A DNA stretch of 64,000 nucleotides. It comes from Malacoraja senta. Its lineage: Eukaryota. This document shows, in pieces, positions 23,744 through 37,187 of this stretch. Where the stretch lies: contig CM075987.1 of NCBI GenBank assembly GCA_038087875.1, positions 14,632,001 through 14,696,000 on the forward strand. Direction: 5' to 3'. The position numbers were made by a program, and so were the translations under genes. The notes beneath the pieces were generated by a model. The model worked only from the letters and a program-made list of their open reading frames with translations, ran no database searches and was not told the origin of the DNA. Each line of letters opens with the position of its first letter. Positions within the stretch are counted from its first letter, which is position 1.

Positions 23744-25284
23744 ATCTTTTACATGGACATTGTTAGAACTGAAGAACTGCACATTAAATGTTTCTTAAAC
23801 AACTCGAGGACTGAGCCTAAATGGTCATTCTGATCACTGGAATACAAACATCTGGAAATACTGGCATTACACCAATAGGAACAGGCTGTTTTATTCGGCC
23901 AGTGGACAAGATGCTTTTTGGTCAAGACGGAAATTTGGAATAAAACAAAAAAACTGAAAATTAAATCAATAGCACAACTGCATTTTTTTTGTAATTATTA
24001 TTATTTTTTTAAATGGTCTCTGAATCCATCTTGCCGAAGAAACCCGAATCCTAATGCACTTCAACAGCAGTTCTGCAACTACTTAACTGAGCCCTCGCAT
24101 TGCCTTTTTTCCAGAGAGCACAATACTCTCTGTAGCGAGAGCTAATGAAAACATTTAATTAAATAACACAGTAAAGAGGCACACTGTCACACCATGAAGG
24201 GCAGGGGGAAGCTAACACTTCTCAGAAAGCTGCCGATGACATTGTCTAACTTTCATTCTACTCATTTTGCTTTTATCCAGCGTAGGGTAGGCACTTATAG
24301 ACTCCTCTCGAGAACAGGCGCAGCAATGAGGCAGTTATCAGAACAGGAATCAACAACATGTTGGCGCAAACAGAATTTACTACAAAGTTTCAGTATGTAC
24401 AAACCTCTATGAAGTATATCAACTCATCTGCAAGAAGAAATTTCACTTTTTTTCTTAAATACGTCAATAATTGAAAAGCATGAAATGTAAAAAGCACCAA
24501 TACCTCAAAGAGAAGCAAATTTCTGGCAATGTTTTTGGTTTGAGGAAACAAAGCCATAACCTCATTAAGATTCTATAACTGACAAATGGTTTAGCAGTAC
24601 TTCAACCTGGTTCAGGTGCTTATAAATGAACGGTTTTAAACACACTCCTATATAAGCTCATTAAAAAGTAATGACTCAGCATCCCAAGTGCCCTCGAGAG
24701 CACAAGCTTCCGGAAATAAAATCAGTTTCTTGTTTTTACCAAGAACCTCTTGCTTGATGAGCAGAACAAGAGAAAAGCTATTATCCAGCCTACTGTCTGA
24801 AATGCTTTGTTAACCACACTTGCTTGAGGTGAAATGATCTGACGTTTCCCATGTTCCTTTTGGGACACTGTCTGGTTGCAATATACTCGGCGAGGGAAAT
24901 CTGTGTACAAACTTAGATCCCAGGATAAAACAGAGTATGTATGTAAAGAGCCAGTTATTTTGCTCCAGGTACCGACTCAAAGGTAATTCAACATCAGCCA
25001 ATGTTGGAATGATTGAACAAAAATCTCTAGAATAACAAAATTATGCTCAACATAACAGCATAACTGAGAAAAACAGAAATCAATCCAAGACCCTAAAATA
25101 GAACCTCTGAATGTTACTTCTGGACCCACAGCTCTGGAGTACCTTTAACATCCAATTAGTAATAGGCACAATTAATGTGTAACAGATCAACATTGATTAA
25201 TCACAAAACCTCAAACATGGCACTATCTAAATAAATAAACAACCTGCCTCGAGCAACTCTACAATCCATAAACTTCAAACATTT

Positions 25285-25650
25285 TCAGAACACTCGATCG
25301 AATTCCGTCTGGTTGGCTGCAGCAGGATTCTTGTTCTGATTGGTTGACTGCTGAGGCATGTGACTGCCTCGCCTCCTGGGAGGGGCTAAATACTCAAACA
25401 TTGATTGGTTGTGGGTGGAGAGCATGTTTTTAAGGTCAGAAGGCATGGGGTCAGTCCAGAAGAAATCGTGGTTCAGGGCATCATCACTGTCGGTCCTCTG
25501 GGTGGGGTCGAGGACAAGCAGCTTGTCAATGAGGTCCAGTGCATAAGGGTCCTTCACGTAGGCTTTCAACCGGTCTTTAACCTTTCGCTTCTGACCTTTG
25601 GGCAGTTCCAGCTTTTGGTACAGTTCATACTTCTCAACATTAGGCCAAAC
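25285..25650 (-). CDS. CDK9: CDK9 exon 7, coding part
   Basis: [45 protein letters not shown]...TEFDRVF-TGA. Confidence 0.97.
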   Translation of the reverse strand, partial: VWPNVEKYELYQKLELPKGQKRKVKDRLKAYVKDPYALDLIDKLLVLDPTQRTDSDDALNHDFFWTDPMPSDLKNMLSTHNQSMFEYLAPPRRRGSHMPQQSTNQNKNPAAANQTEFDRVF

Positions 25651-28600
25651 CTGAAATCAAGCACATTATTTATCTCCATTAAAACGAAAGGTTTGATTCT
25701 CACAATGTCCATCAACATTTTTTAACTGGCAATACTGAATGCTACCCAATACTCATACCATTACAAAGTACTTCTCCTCAGCCAAAACTGATCATGACTT
25801 CATTCTAAAATGCAAAGATAACCCCTTTGTTTTCAATTAATTGTCTATTTAATCCTTTCCGTTGTCATCTTCAAAAACAGGAGGATTTTTGTTAAAAAGA
25901 TGAACACCAACTGCAACGATACCTCTGCTATTCCCTATGCCCAAGCAGCCAAATCTTCTCCCAGATCACATCTTTCAGCAATTTCCACGGACATAACATC
26001 ATACTTCATTCTGTTCATTAAACCCATCTTGTTTTCACTCCACAAAGCAGACAGCCAACTTGCAGTTTCACCATTGTATAGAAGACTACATTACTAGTGC
26101 TGAATGCAGTGCACTGGATTGGATGCAGTGCACTGGATTGAAAGATATAAAAGGACAGCTGAACAAGTTCCCACATTAAAGGTGTCATTGAAATTCGCAC
26201 AGTACATTTACAAGCTGCCTTACATCCGAGAAATTATCACGAAGACTAAAGACTAATATTCCCTGGCAAGAACAGAGCCCAACAGGCCATACCTCGGCTG
26301 TAATGGAGCCACAGAGCTGACTGATCAACGTTAGCTGATGCTGTTCTGTGTTGCCCTGCATTATTGGACTCCGGGTCCACATCTCAGCCATGATGCATCC
26401 AGCACCCCACAGATCTATGGGCGGTCCATAGTCTCTCTCACCTGGATTTGGAGAAAGGGGAAACAAATATCTTATTAAAGGAGCGGAAGACCATGACTTG
26501 CAGAAATGCTACCCTTCCAGTTTCCCACCCTGCAAATACTACGATTCACTCCCAAGGATAGGTGGCCTTCAATAATTTATTCCAGGAGATGTTCTTCCAT
26601 GCAACACCACAGTGAATGCCAATTGATTAAATTACATCAAATCTCAATACTATCCCATACAAACAGATGTACTTCATCCAATATTATCTTGTGACTCCCT
26701 GGTTCATTTTTCCTCTTCTCACATGGAAACAAAACCACCAAAAAAATCCTTGCGGGAATTTGCTAATTGAGCACAGGTCCTAGGATGTTGAGTTTTATCC
26801 AGTTTAGTTGACAATGCCCATGATAGATGTGGCTAGGCTATTCTCTTCCATAATGTACTATAGAAAGATACTGTGAATACACAAGATCACTGATCAATCC
26901 TAAAGACCCAATGAATGAGGAATTAAAAGAGGAAACCAGATAATTCTTAGAAAATGCTTTTAAAAAGAGTTCCATGTTCAACTTGAGAAATCGACTTACA
27001 ATATTAAAAACAAAAGAGATGATTAAACAGGTTATTTGCAGGAGTTAGCTGAAAATCTCCAATTGTTTAAAAGTTGTTCCTTGACTATGAATTGAAATCA
27101 GAACAGCTGCAGCAAATATCACCAGGGTAGAGAAAGCTGGTGAGAAAGAGAGTCCTCTCCTGGCTACAAGATATATACCCTCAGATTATTTCCCACTGTA
27201 TTAGCACCTCCAATAGGCACTGCACATGCCCCAAATGTTCACTGTACTATACCATAATTACATATGTTAAAGGACAGTATCTGATACAAATTCTAATTAG
27301 CCTGGTATGAAAAATTAAAAAAATCTGTCATTGTGACTCTCACAATCATTATAAAGGTTTATTTAAACCTTGGAACAGAGATGATTCTCACAATTATGAC
27401 AACATTATATACAAATATCGCTTTAGCCCACGTTCTAGATTCTTTTTGGGTTTCCAAGGTTTAATAAACTTTTATTATGATGGCGAGTCTACATAGACAA
27501 TAAAAGTGGGCGGATGAAGTGCTGTTGCTAGGAGCTGATAGGTAAACAGAAAGGAATTATTTCCTGTTTTTGCTTATGACAAGCAAGCATCACTGACAAG
27601 GCTGTGCCTTATTGACAGCTCTCATGTCTCTTGTGAAAGTGGTGGCAATTTTAGAGGGCAGTTTATGTAAAAACAAATATTACCAAGTTAGACACAGAGC
27701 TTAGGGACACTTACCTAACAAGAGCTCTGGTGGTCGATACCACAGGGTCACCACCCTGTTGGTGTAGCGATTGGGCTGGCTGTTCTTGGCCAGACTGAAT
27801 GCTCGAGCCAGACCAAAGTCGGCCAGTTTCAGAACACCATCCCGAGTGATTAGAACATTGGCTGCTTTCATATCTCGATGCAAAATCTACAAACAAAAAT
27901 GCAAAGATAATGTAAAACTGTTACTAAAATGAATAGCTTTGCAGTTATTGAGATCCACACTTGAAATGGTGAGCCTTGCAGAGCTCATTATTACATTGAG
28001 ATGTCGCACAATTGGCCTGTTAAAAGAGACAGACTTGTATTTATCCAGCAATTATTTAGAAGTGCAGTATCACATAGGGATGTACAGTGATCACCATGCA
28101 CTACACAAAAAATGGCACACAAAATTGTTTTAATTCATTTAGAATTTGAGAACATCATTGCCATTTCCTAAATGAGAAACTGAAGGCACTGATGTGTCTT
28201 TGTGGGCTAATGCATCCTCTGTGGGCCGAAAATAGTCTCAAGCTGCAAGTGCTTTTCACAACATCAAGACATGTAAAGCAACTTTACATCCAACAATACT
28301 GACCATTTAATCTATGCTGTCAGTTCAAAAGTCAAACCTCAGTCTTGAAATAATCCCCATTTAATAGAGCTCCAGGTTATTTTAGTTAACAAGATTAATA
28401 TAAAGCAGCAAAGTACATTTAGCTTTACAGTGGTCAGCTACTCACACGGCTGTGACCAAGACTGCAAGCTGAGCTCTGCGAGCAACCCATCAAACCCCGC
28501 TAGGTCGCTCTATCTCACCTTGTTCCGATGGATGTAGTAGAGCCCATTCAGCAACATCTGCATCACCTTCTTGATTTCTGCCAAAGTGAACTTCACGTTT

Positions 28601-31600
28601 GCATTGCTGAGCAGTCCAGCCAGGTCATGCTCGCAGAAGTCAAAGACCAGGTAGATGCTGCCCTTGTAGCGATTATACTGCGTGGCTGGAGGGATTACAC
28701 AGAAATAATCCATCACTGCCCCCTTTCAGCATCACTGTCTCCGCTACAAACCCCACTCTCATCTGTTTGAACTGAAACAACAGTGAGCTGGGAACAGAGA
28801 CAAGAGTTGGAGGATATTTGGTTTGTTGAGTCTTCCTTACCTATACTTTCACCAGCCATTACTTCAGGCAATAAGCTGAACTGAGTGCCGTCCTCAAGCT
28901 AGATCAGTGATTGGCAAATCAATACTCTCGTAAACAAACAGATGGACAACAAAAAAGATCAGTCAGCATTCACGCTTGCTATCCATCGGAAAAATACATG
29001 GCAGTTACAAGCATTGGATGAAGACCAAGTAAATGTCTACACAGACATTTTCAATCGGTCCCTGCAAACCTGCACTGTCCCTGCCTGCTTCAAAGTCTCC
29101 ACTATTGTTCCCGTACCCCAAAAGCCAAGGATTACTCGTCTTAATGACTACAGGCCTGTCGCACTGACCTCTGTAATCATGAAGACCCTTGGAAGACGTG
29201 CTGGCCCATCCAAAAAATATCACCTCCAAATGGACCCCCGGCAGTTTGCATACCGGGCCAATAGATCAGTGGATGACGCAATCAACCTAGGCCTGCACTT
29301 CATCCTCCAGCACCTAGACCACCAGGGGACCTAGGCAAGGATTATGTGCATGGATTTCAGCTCTACATTCAACACCATTGTGCCAGAGCTACTACACTCC
29401 AAACTCTCCCAGTTGACTGCCTGAACCAGTGAATCAGTGGATCACCAACTTCCTGACAGACAGGAAACAGCATGTGAGGCTGGGAAAGCACATCTCAGAC
29501 CCATTGACCCTCAGTAGAGGAGCACCGCAAGACTGCGTACTCTCCCCTCTCCTTTACTCTCTCTAAACCAATGACTACCTCCACAGACACCTCTGTCAAG
29601 CTTCTCAAGTTTGCGGACGATACAACCCTGATTGGACTGATCCAGGATGGGGAGGAATCTGCCTACAGACAAGAAGTGACACAGCTGGCGTCCTGGTGCC
29701 ATTGCAACAACCTGGCGCTCAATGCTCTTAAGACGGTGGAATTGATTATAGACTTCAGGAGAGCTCCCTCTCCCCTCTCACCATCAACAACACCACAGAC
29801 ACATCTGTGGAGTCATTTAAGTTCCTTGGAACCATCATCTCCAGGGACATTAAATGGGAGGGCACCATCGAATACATAGTCAAAAAGGGCCAACAGAGGA
29901 TGTACTTCCTGCGGCAGTTGAGGAAACACAATCTGCCACAGGCAATGATGGTCCTATTTTATGCTGCCATCATAGAGTCTGTCCTCACCTTCTCTATCAT
30001 GGTCTGGCTCAGCCACCAAGCATGACATCCGGAGGCTGCAACGCATCGTTCGATCAGCCGAGAAGGTTGTTGGCTGCAACCTTCCCCCAATCAACGAACT
30101 GTACACTGCAAAGGCCAGGAAGCGAGCGGGTAAGATCATCTCTGACCCCTGGCCACCAACTTTGAAGCACTTCCCTCTGGAAGGAGAGGACTGTCAAAGC
30201 CGCCGCAGCCAGACATAAAAACTGTTTTTTTTTCACAAGCAGAAGCTCTAATCAACAGCCAAAAGTCTGTAGCCTCCTTTTGCTCTGGTATTTTATTTCA
30301 TTCTTCACATGTTTAAATTATGTTTTATTTTTAATTGTCTACTGTATGTTATGTTGTTATTACTTGCGAGCAAAGCACCAAGACAAATTCCTTGTATGTA
30401 TACATACTTGGCTAATAAAATTTAATCAATTCAATTCAATTTTTGAGCTGAGATGATAGTAATTTTTAATGGCTTCACTGTTTCAGTCCATTCCCGAGCA
30501 TGACCAGAGTATTAGACTTGATGGAGATGTAACACTAAATGAACATTTGCAAGATTTAATATGCGTTCTTCCAACGCATGGACCCTCACCAAACTGTTGA
30601 TCTACACACACACACAACCATGAACAAACTATGTATCTGCATAAGGACAGCTCTCTGCTGCAGAGCAATCTCAGTTAATTGCCACAGGAAATTCAAGGCA
30701 TTTAACTGGTGATGCCAGTTAAAGTGCACATACAGTGCCCTCCATAATGTTTGGGACAAAGACCCGTCATTTATTTATTTATTTGCCTCTGTACTCCACA
30801 ATTTGAAATTTGTAATAGAAAAAAATCACATGTGGTTAAAGTGCACATTGTCAGATTTCACAGATGTTTGTAATTGCTCAGGTGTGTTCAATTGCCTCCT
30901 CAATGCAGGTATAAGAGAGCTCTCAGCACCTAGTTTTTCCTCCAGTCTTTCCATCACCTTTGGAAACTTTTATTGCTGTTTATCAACATGAGGACCAAAG
31001 TTGTGCCAATGAAAGTCAAAGAAGCCATTATGAGACTAGAAACAAGAATAAAACAATTAGAGACCAGCCAAACCTTAGGCTTACCAAAATCAACTGTTTG
31101 GAACATCATTAAGAAGAAAGAGAGCACTGGTGAGCTTACTAATCACAAAGGGACTGGCAGGCCAAGGAAGACCTCCACAACTGATGACAGAAGAATTCTC
31201 TCTATAATAAAGAAAAATCCCCAAACACCTGTCTGACAGATCAGAAACACTCTTCAGGAGTCGGGTGTGGATTTGTCAATGACCACTATCATGAACAGAA
31301 ATACAGAGGCTACACTGCAAAATGCAAACCACTGGTTAGCCGCAAAAATAGGATGGCCAGGTTAGTTTGCCATGAAGTACTTAAAAGAGCAACCACAGTT
31401 CTGGAAAAAGGTATTGTGGTATGAGATGAAAATTATCTTATATCAGAGTGATGGCAAGAGCAAAGTATAGAGGAGAGAAGGAACTGCCCAAGATCCAAGG
31501 CATACCATCTCATCTGTGAAACACGGTGGTGGGAGTGTTGTGGCCTGGGCATGTATGGCTGATGAAGGTAATGGCTCACTTATCTTCATTGATGATACAA

Positions 31601-34600
31601 CTGCTGATGGTAGTAACATAATGAATTCGGAAGTGTATAGACACATCCTATCTGCTCAAGTTCAAACAAATGCCTCAAAACTCATTGGCCGGCGGTTCAT
31701 TCTACAGCAAGACAATGATCCCAAACATACTGCTAAAGCAATAAAGGAGTTTTTCAAAGCTAAAAATTGGTAATTTCTTGAATGGCCAAGTCAATCATCC
31801 GATCTGAACCCAATTGAGCATGCCTATTTATGCTGAAGAGAAAACTGAAGGGGACTAGCCCCCAAAACAAGTATAAGCTAAAGATGGCTGCAATACAGGC
31901 CTGGCAGAGCATCACCAGAGAAGACACCCAGCAACTGGTGATGCCCATGAATCACAGACTTCAAGCAGTCATTACATGCAAAGGATATGCAACAAAATAC
32001 TAAATATGATTACTTTCATTTACATGACATTGCTGTGTTCCAAACATTATGGTGCCCTGAAATGGGAGGACTATGTATAAACACTGCTGTAATTTCTACA
32101 TGGTGAAACCAAAATTTATAAAAATGGCCTTTATTGAAATCTGACAAAGTGCACTATAACAAGTGATATTTTCTATTACAAATCTCAAATTCTGGAGTAC
32201 AGAGGCAAATAAATAAATGGTGGGTCTCTTTGTCCCAAACATTATGGAGGGCACTGTACTTAAGGTATGATTCTCTGAACGAGCTGCATTTTGAGAAAAA
32301 CTCACCTTTAGTGCGGCAGATCTCAATAAGGTTCACCACATTTTCGTGCTTCAACAGTTGCAGGATTTTGATTTCTCTCAAGGCCGTAATGGGAAACTAA
32401 TGAAAGTGTTTAAAAATAATTATTTGCATTGTACTTCTGGATGTAAACCTTTTCCTTTAACTGAAAAGATCTTCACAAAATTGTTGCATCACAAAAACAT
32501 TTATACTACTTGTAAATTTAACTTATCATTATTTCAGCACACTCCGTTGGCCACTCGACATCAAGCAAGACTCTGCTCTCACTGCCCTAACTGCCACCAT
32601 CTTGTTCAGTTGTCATCCAAGCATATTGATATACAATGCTTCTTTGTTAAGCAATACCGAAATTTCTAAATTCTAACCATTATTTTAAACCCCTGAATTA
32701 TGTGAAGCCTATCAATTTCTGAATATACAAGAGCAGACACGTTCTCCTTTGTTATAGAGCCCTTGTGAAACTGAATCTGGAATATTATATATAGGTCTAG
32801 TCTTCAAAAAGGAAAGATATTATCATAGAGCGACTCCAGCAAAGGTTCACCTGGTTGATTTTGGAGATGGCAAGTATGGCATAAGAGGAGTTTAAGTAGA
32901 CTAGGTCTGTGGATGCATGTTTAATAGAGTGAAAGATGATCTCACAAAACATTCTTATGGGGGCTTGGCAACGATGATGTTTCCCACAGCTGGTATGTCT
33001 GGAACTAAGCATCAGAATCAAAAAATATTCGGAGACACGAAGGAATTTCTTTAGAGGCGAACGAATCTGTGGAATCCTCTGCTCAAGAGGGCAGTGGAGG
33101 CTCAGTCACTGAGGATCATCAGTCTACAAATATTAAGGGAAATTAAATTAGTGCAGGGAAGTGAAACAGTAAAAATATGCCCTGGTCTTGTTAAATGATG
33201 GAGCACGAGGGGCCAAACGGCCTATTTCTTATGTTACATTCCAGTTTTGCAATCACCAGGGAGAGCTTGTCTTCTATATTCTGACCACTTGCTTGTTCTC
33301 AAGTTTAACTGCCCCACTCCTGTTGAGGTCTAGGTTCTGGCCTTTCAAGTCGAGTTTATTGTCACATACACAAATATGGTGAGCTATAGGCACAATGAAA
33401 ATTTTGCCTGCAGGAACATCACAAGCACAGACCTTTATTTCTTCCCTAACGGTCTCTGTCACTCTTTCCCTTTTTAAGATGCTCCTTAAAACATGCGCCT
33501 GATCAGGTTCTTGATCACCTTTCATTGTTATTTATGTAGCATTCATTAATAGCATTCTTCTGAAGTGCGCTTCTTATTTGTTTTAACATTAAAGGCACTA
33601 TATATCAATATATACTGTTGAGGTTAGGATTTCCATCTCACCTGAACTAACAACTTAGGATAGGACAGGTACCAGCACAGTAAGAAATGCAATCACAAGA
33701 GAACTGCTCAAATATCAGGTAAAACTAGTAAAACATTTGATTTACTGTGTTATATGCATACAATTTCCTGCCTTTCTGCCACAAAAGGTTCAACTGATAA
33801 CGGTACCTGGCTCGTCTGGTAAGTGACACAAGCTGCATTTTCCGTGGTTTGATAGGAAGTCCGCCAGACGAGATTGAAACCAAGATTGGAAGCAACTCTC
33901 CAAATTAATGTTTGGAATTTTGGCTTCTGCTAAACGACTATTTATGGGCACTGTCTAGGTTCACACAAGTGGTAATTTGGTTGAGGTATCATAGCCTTCA
34001 AATTGTATTCTGCAATTCAACTTCCCCAAATGAACTGGTCAATTAGAAAATATGCACACAACGCAACCAACTGAAGCACCAAAGGAGACAAAATTAACTT
34101 TAATATTCAGACTGACGATAGAATATTGGGAACATACATACCCCTTCCTTTTCATTTTCCATAAGCACTTTCTTCAAAGCCACTTTTTTTCCTGTCTGCC
34201 GATGTCGTGCTTTAAACACCTCCCTGTAAAACAATTATAGTTCATTTAGCCAACACACTCCAGTGACCAACAAATCCCTCACACTATTTTCCAATGCTCT
34301 CAGGTTATGCTTTTAAAACCATTAAAAACATTTCACATTTATAATCAGTATTCCATCTGGAAACGATATCAGCCAGCTAACAATATGGTGTTTTTTTATA
34401 ATGGGGAGAAACTATTAAATACTGACAAACATGCATTCAATGTGCTGAGATGACAAGCAATTCAGGGAAATAGCACACTACATTTCTATTCCACAAAGGT
34501 TGCAGTCAGTACAAGAGCAGTCTTTCTTCCGATGTACAAGGCATGTTCAGGAAGACAATACATGACGCATTATGTGCTACTTTAGACTTTTTATCTTGCA

Positions 34601-35769
34601 AAGAATTCAATTCTTTTACACAAAAATATATTTTAATTCCCAGAATGAAATGTTTATTTAATGAAAGAAAATTGAGTGGAGTGACTCGTCCAGAATGAGT
34701 CAAGATCGCACAGACATTGAGACTTTCACAGGGTCGATGATAAAGAGACTGTTTCTCCCGGCTAAATTTCACAGGACGGTCTAATAATTGGGGATAGACT
34801 ATTTAGGAATGAGTTAAGGAAGAATTTCTTCATGTGTTAGGAATTTTCTATATCAGAAAATTTGGACAGCCATCCAAGTACATTTGTTGGTGAAATAACA
34901 ATGATTTCAACTGAAGGGAATTAGAGCAAGTGGAGATCAGAAAGGAATATGAAGGCAGAAGTTCATCCAACACTGCAAAGCAGAACCAATTCTTTATGCT
35001 CAAATCTCTCCTCTAGAGGCAATAAGATCATGACCAGATAAGTATTTTTGATGTTTACTCAAGGTTAAAAAACATTGTAGAACCGAAGTATTCTGATCAG
35101 AATACCATGGGATCTTTCACATCGATGGCAGATAGTTTCAGGTCAACATCTCCTGCGAGAGGCAGCTCTGATCGTGCGGCATTTCCTCATGACAGTGGTC
35201 AGCCAAGTGCTTTGTGCCTAAGTCTCTGTAGAGGGAATGAATGGAGCTCACATCCGGCCAACTCAGAGTAAACCCAGGATAGGGAAATCCAGAACCTGAG
35301 GACAAAGTGAGAAGAACCTGAGGTGCAACATTTTCACCCAGAAGATGGTGGGTACATGGAACAAGTTGCCAGGGGTGGGAGTTAAGATAGGTACAATAAC
35401 AACATGTAAAAAACATTTGGACGGGTACAAGGATTGGAAAGGTTTAGAGGGATATGGCCCAAACACTGGCAAACAGAACTAGCTTGGACGAGTTCCGTGC
35501 TCTATGATTTTGTGATCGAGTGGATCGAATTATGTTCCTGGTGTGACGGGTACGAACGGGGAAGGAGACTGGTTTGTCAGCCGTAACCCGGGTGCTTCGA
35601 GCCGGTTATCCTCGGCCCCATTTGCGGGCCTCGGGCCTACCCTCCCCTCCCATCCTCGCCTCGCTAGCCGGCCTCACCCGAAGGTGCCCTGCCCGATCTT
35701 CGCCATCTTCTCGTACTTGGCGACCTCATCGCAAAACTGGAAGTCCAGCACCTCGTAGTACTTCACCAT
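25285..35769 (-). CDS. CDK9: Cyclin-dependent kinase 9 (P-TEFb kinase), complete; complement join 35678-35769,34142-34223,32306-32396,28519-28685,27715-27886,26293-26441,25285-25650 = 1119 nt, 372 aa
   Basis: GQGTFG loop, [19 protein letters not shown]-loop [20 protein letters not shown]-terminus NQTEFDRVF; all introns GT-AG. Confidence 0.98.
26293..26441 (-). CDS. CDK9: CDK9 exon 6
   Basis: [50 protein letters not shown], 149 nt. Confidence 0.97.
27715..27886 (-). CDS. CDK9: CDK9 exon 5
   Basis: [57 protein letters not shown], 172 nt. Confidence 0.97.
28519..28685 (-). CDS. CDK9: CDK9 exon 4
   Basis: [56 protein letters not shown], 167 nt. Confidence 0.97.
29025..30441 (+). mobile_element. 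Rex1/Babar-like LINE, 5'-truncated, decayed
   Basis: [50 protein letters not shown]; (caatt)n tail. Confidence 0.85.
30733..32256 (+). mobile_element. Tc1/mariner (DD34E) transposon, decayed, in CDK9 intron 3
   Basis: TA TSDs (30731-32, 32257-58); TIR CAGTGCCCTCCATAATGTTTGGGACAAAGA; motifs [21 protein letters not shown]...[12 protein letters not shown] with 34-residue spacing; stops and frameshifts. Confidence 0.95.
32306..32396 (-). CDS. CDK9: CDK9 exon 3
   Basis: [30 protein letters not shown], 91 nt. Confidence 0.97.
34142..34223 (-). CDS. CDK9: CDK9 exon 2
   Basis: [27 protein letters not shown], 82 nt. Confidence 0.97.
35678..35769 (-). CDS. CDK9: CDK9 exon 1 (in-frame upstream ATGs at 35793 and 35817)
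   Basis: [31 protein letters not shown]; donor GG|gtgagg. Confidence 0.93.
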
Positions 35770-35851
35770 GTCGGCGCTGAGCCGGACCCCCATGCCGCTG
35801 TCCGGGCACCGCGCCATCCTCCACTGCGTGCTCGGAGGTTCCGGACCCCCG

Positions 35852-36008
35852 CGGCAGCGGCTCCAGCGGCTGGGCGCCGCACTGCAGCCGCCCCAGGGTT
35901 TGATCTGGCCGGCAGCGGCTCCAGCGGCCTGGCGCCGCTCTGCAGCCGCCCTGCGGCTAGACCTCACCGGCAGCGGCTCCAGCGGCTGGGCGCCGTATTG
36001 CAGCCGCT
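35852..36008. repeat. Three-copy 58-bp GC-rich tandem repeat
   Basis: cggcagcggctccagcggc starts at 35852, 35910 and 35968. Confidence 0.9.
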
Positions 36009-36978
36009 GTCGCTTCAAACGTGAGCCAGTTTCAATAGTTGCAAGTTATTAACCTTTACTGTGAGGACTAATGCATTTTTGTCTCTTATTTTGCCTCTAT
36101 TATCCATTTTGTACTTATTGTAGATTTTCATCGATAAAAGGTTGTGCTGGAATTATTTGGCTGGTTAATATTTTATTGGCCAATCATTAATTTTCATATG
36201 TTAAACCCCAAGAGATTCAGATAAGGTGCAGAAAGAAAATTTAATTAAATGATAGTTTCCATTAAAATATGCCTGAAATGCTCATAAGCTCAATTACCAT
36301 TTTAAGGTGAAATTCCTTACAAGAATGTAGAAAGAATAAAATGTACAAGTCCTTCTAAGACTTTCAGAGTAGATGCTTTGAGCAGTCGGAGTTGCAGGAT
36401 CCAAGGCACGCCGTCTAAAAAATCATAATTGAATACAGAGATGTTACAAACATTCTCACCTGAAAAACAGTGAATCTTTGGAACATTCTATCCACAAGGG
36501 AACTGTTTATCCAGTACGATAGTAAGAGAGATCTATAGGTTTTGGGATATTAAGAGAACTAAGGGGTAGATTAATGCAGGAAATGGTTCTGTTGTAAAAG
36601 GTCAGACATTGGACTACTCCTGTTTCTTTTTCATATATTTCTATATTTTGACAAGAGTTAAGAATGGTTAATTGTCATATGTATTGGCAGTAGAACGATT
36701 AAATTCTTACTTGCTGTATCTTCTAAGGCATATATTGCTTTGGACTATTTTGATATTGACCAACACAGGAGCACTAACATAACCCAGGACCATGAACAAC
36801 ATGTATTTTTTGTGGGTTTAATCTTAGAAAAATATTGCATGTTACTTAGTATGATACTAATTTGTGAATCAGTTACCAGGATGGCCACAAATACAATATG
36901 GGCTCCTTGCTGTAAATGTTTATGATTGTAAAATAGATTTAAAATGACACTGAAGCAAATCAAAAATATAATAGTATA

Positions 36979-37187
36979 TGTGCAGGAAGGAATTGCAGAT
37001 GCTGGTTTAAACTGAAGATAGACACAAAAAGCTAGAGTAACTCAGTAGGTCAGACAGCATCTCTGGAGAAAAGGAATAGGTGACATTTCGGGTCTAGACC
37101 CTTCTCTCTCGACTCGAAACATCACCTATTCCTTTCTCCAGTGATGCTGTCTGACCCACTGAGTTACTCCAGCTTTTAGTGTTTATC
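36979..37187. mobile_element. Fold-back Penelope mini-element, older
   Basis: Inverted arms meeting at gacccttctctctcgactcgaaac. Confidence 0.75.

Larger units (their letters stand above)
35520..36025 (-). promoter_or_regulatory. CDK9 CpG-island promoter and 5' leader
   Basis: Sharp CpG/GC-rich island over exon 1 in AT-rich surroundings. Confidence 0.8.

Noticed and set aside
35852-36008. CRISPR-like repeat-spacer pattern
   Set aside because: Vertebrate promoter, three degenerate units, short linkers, no cas genes
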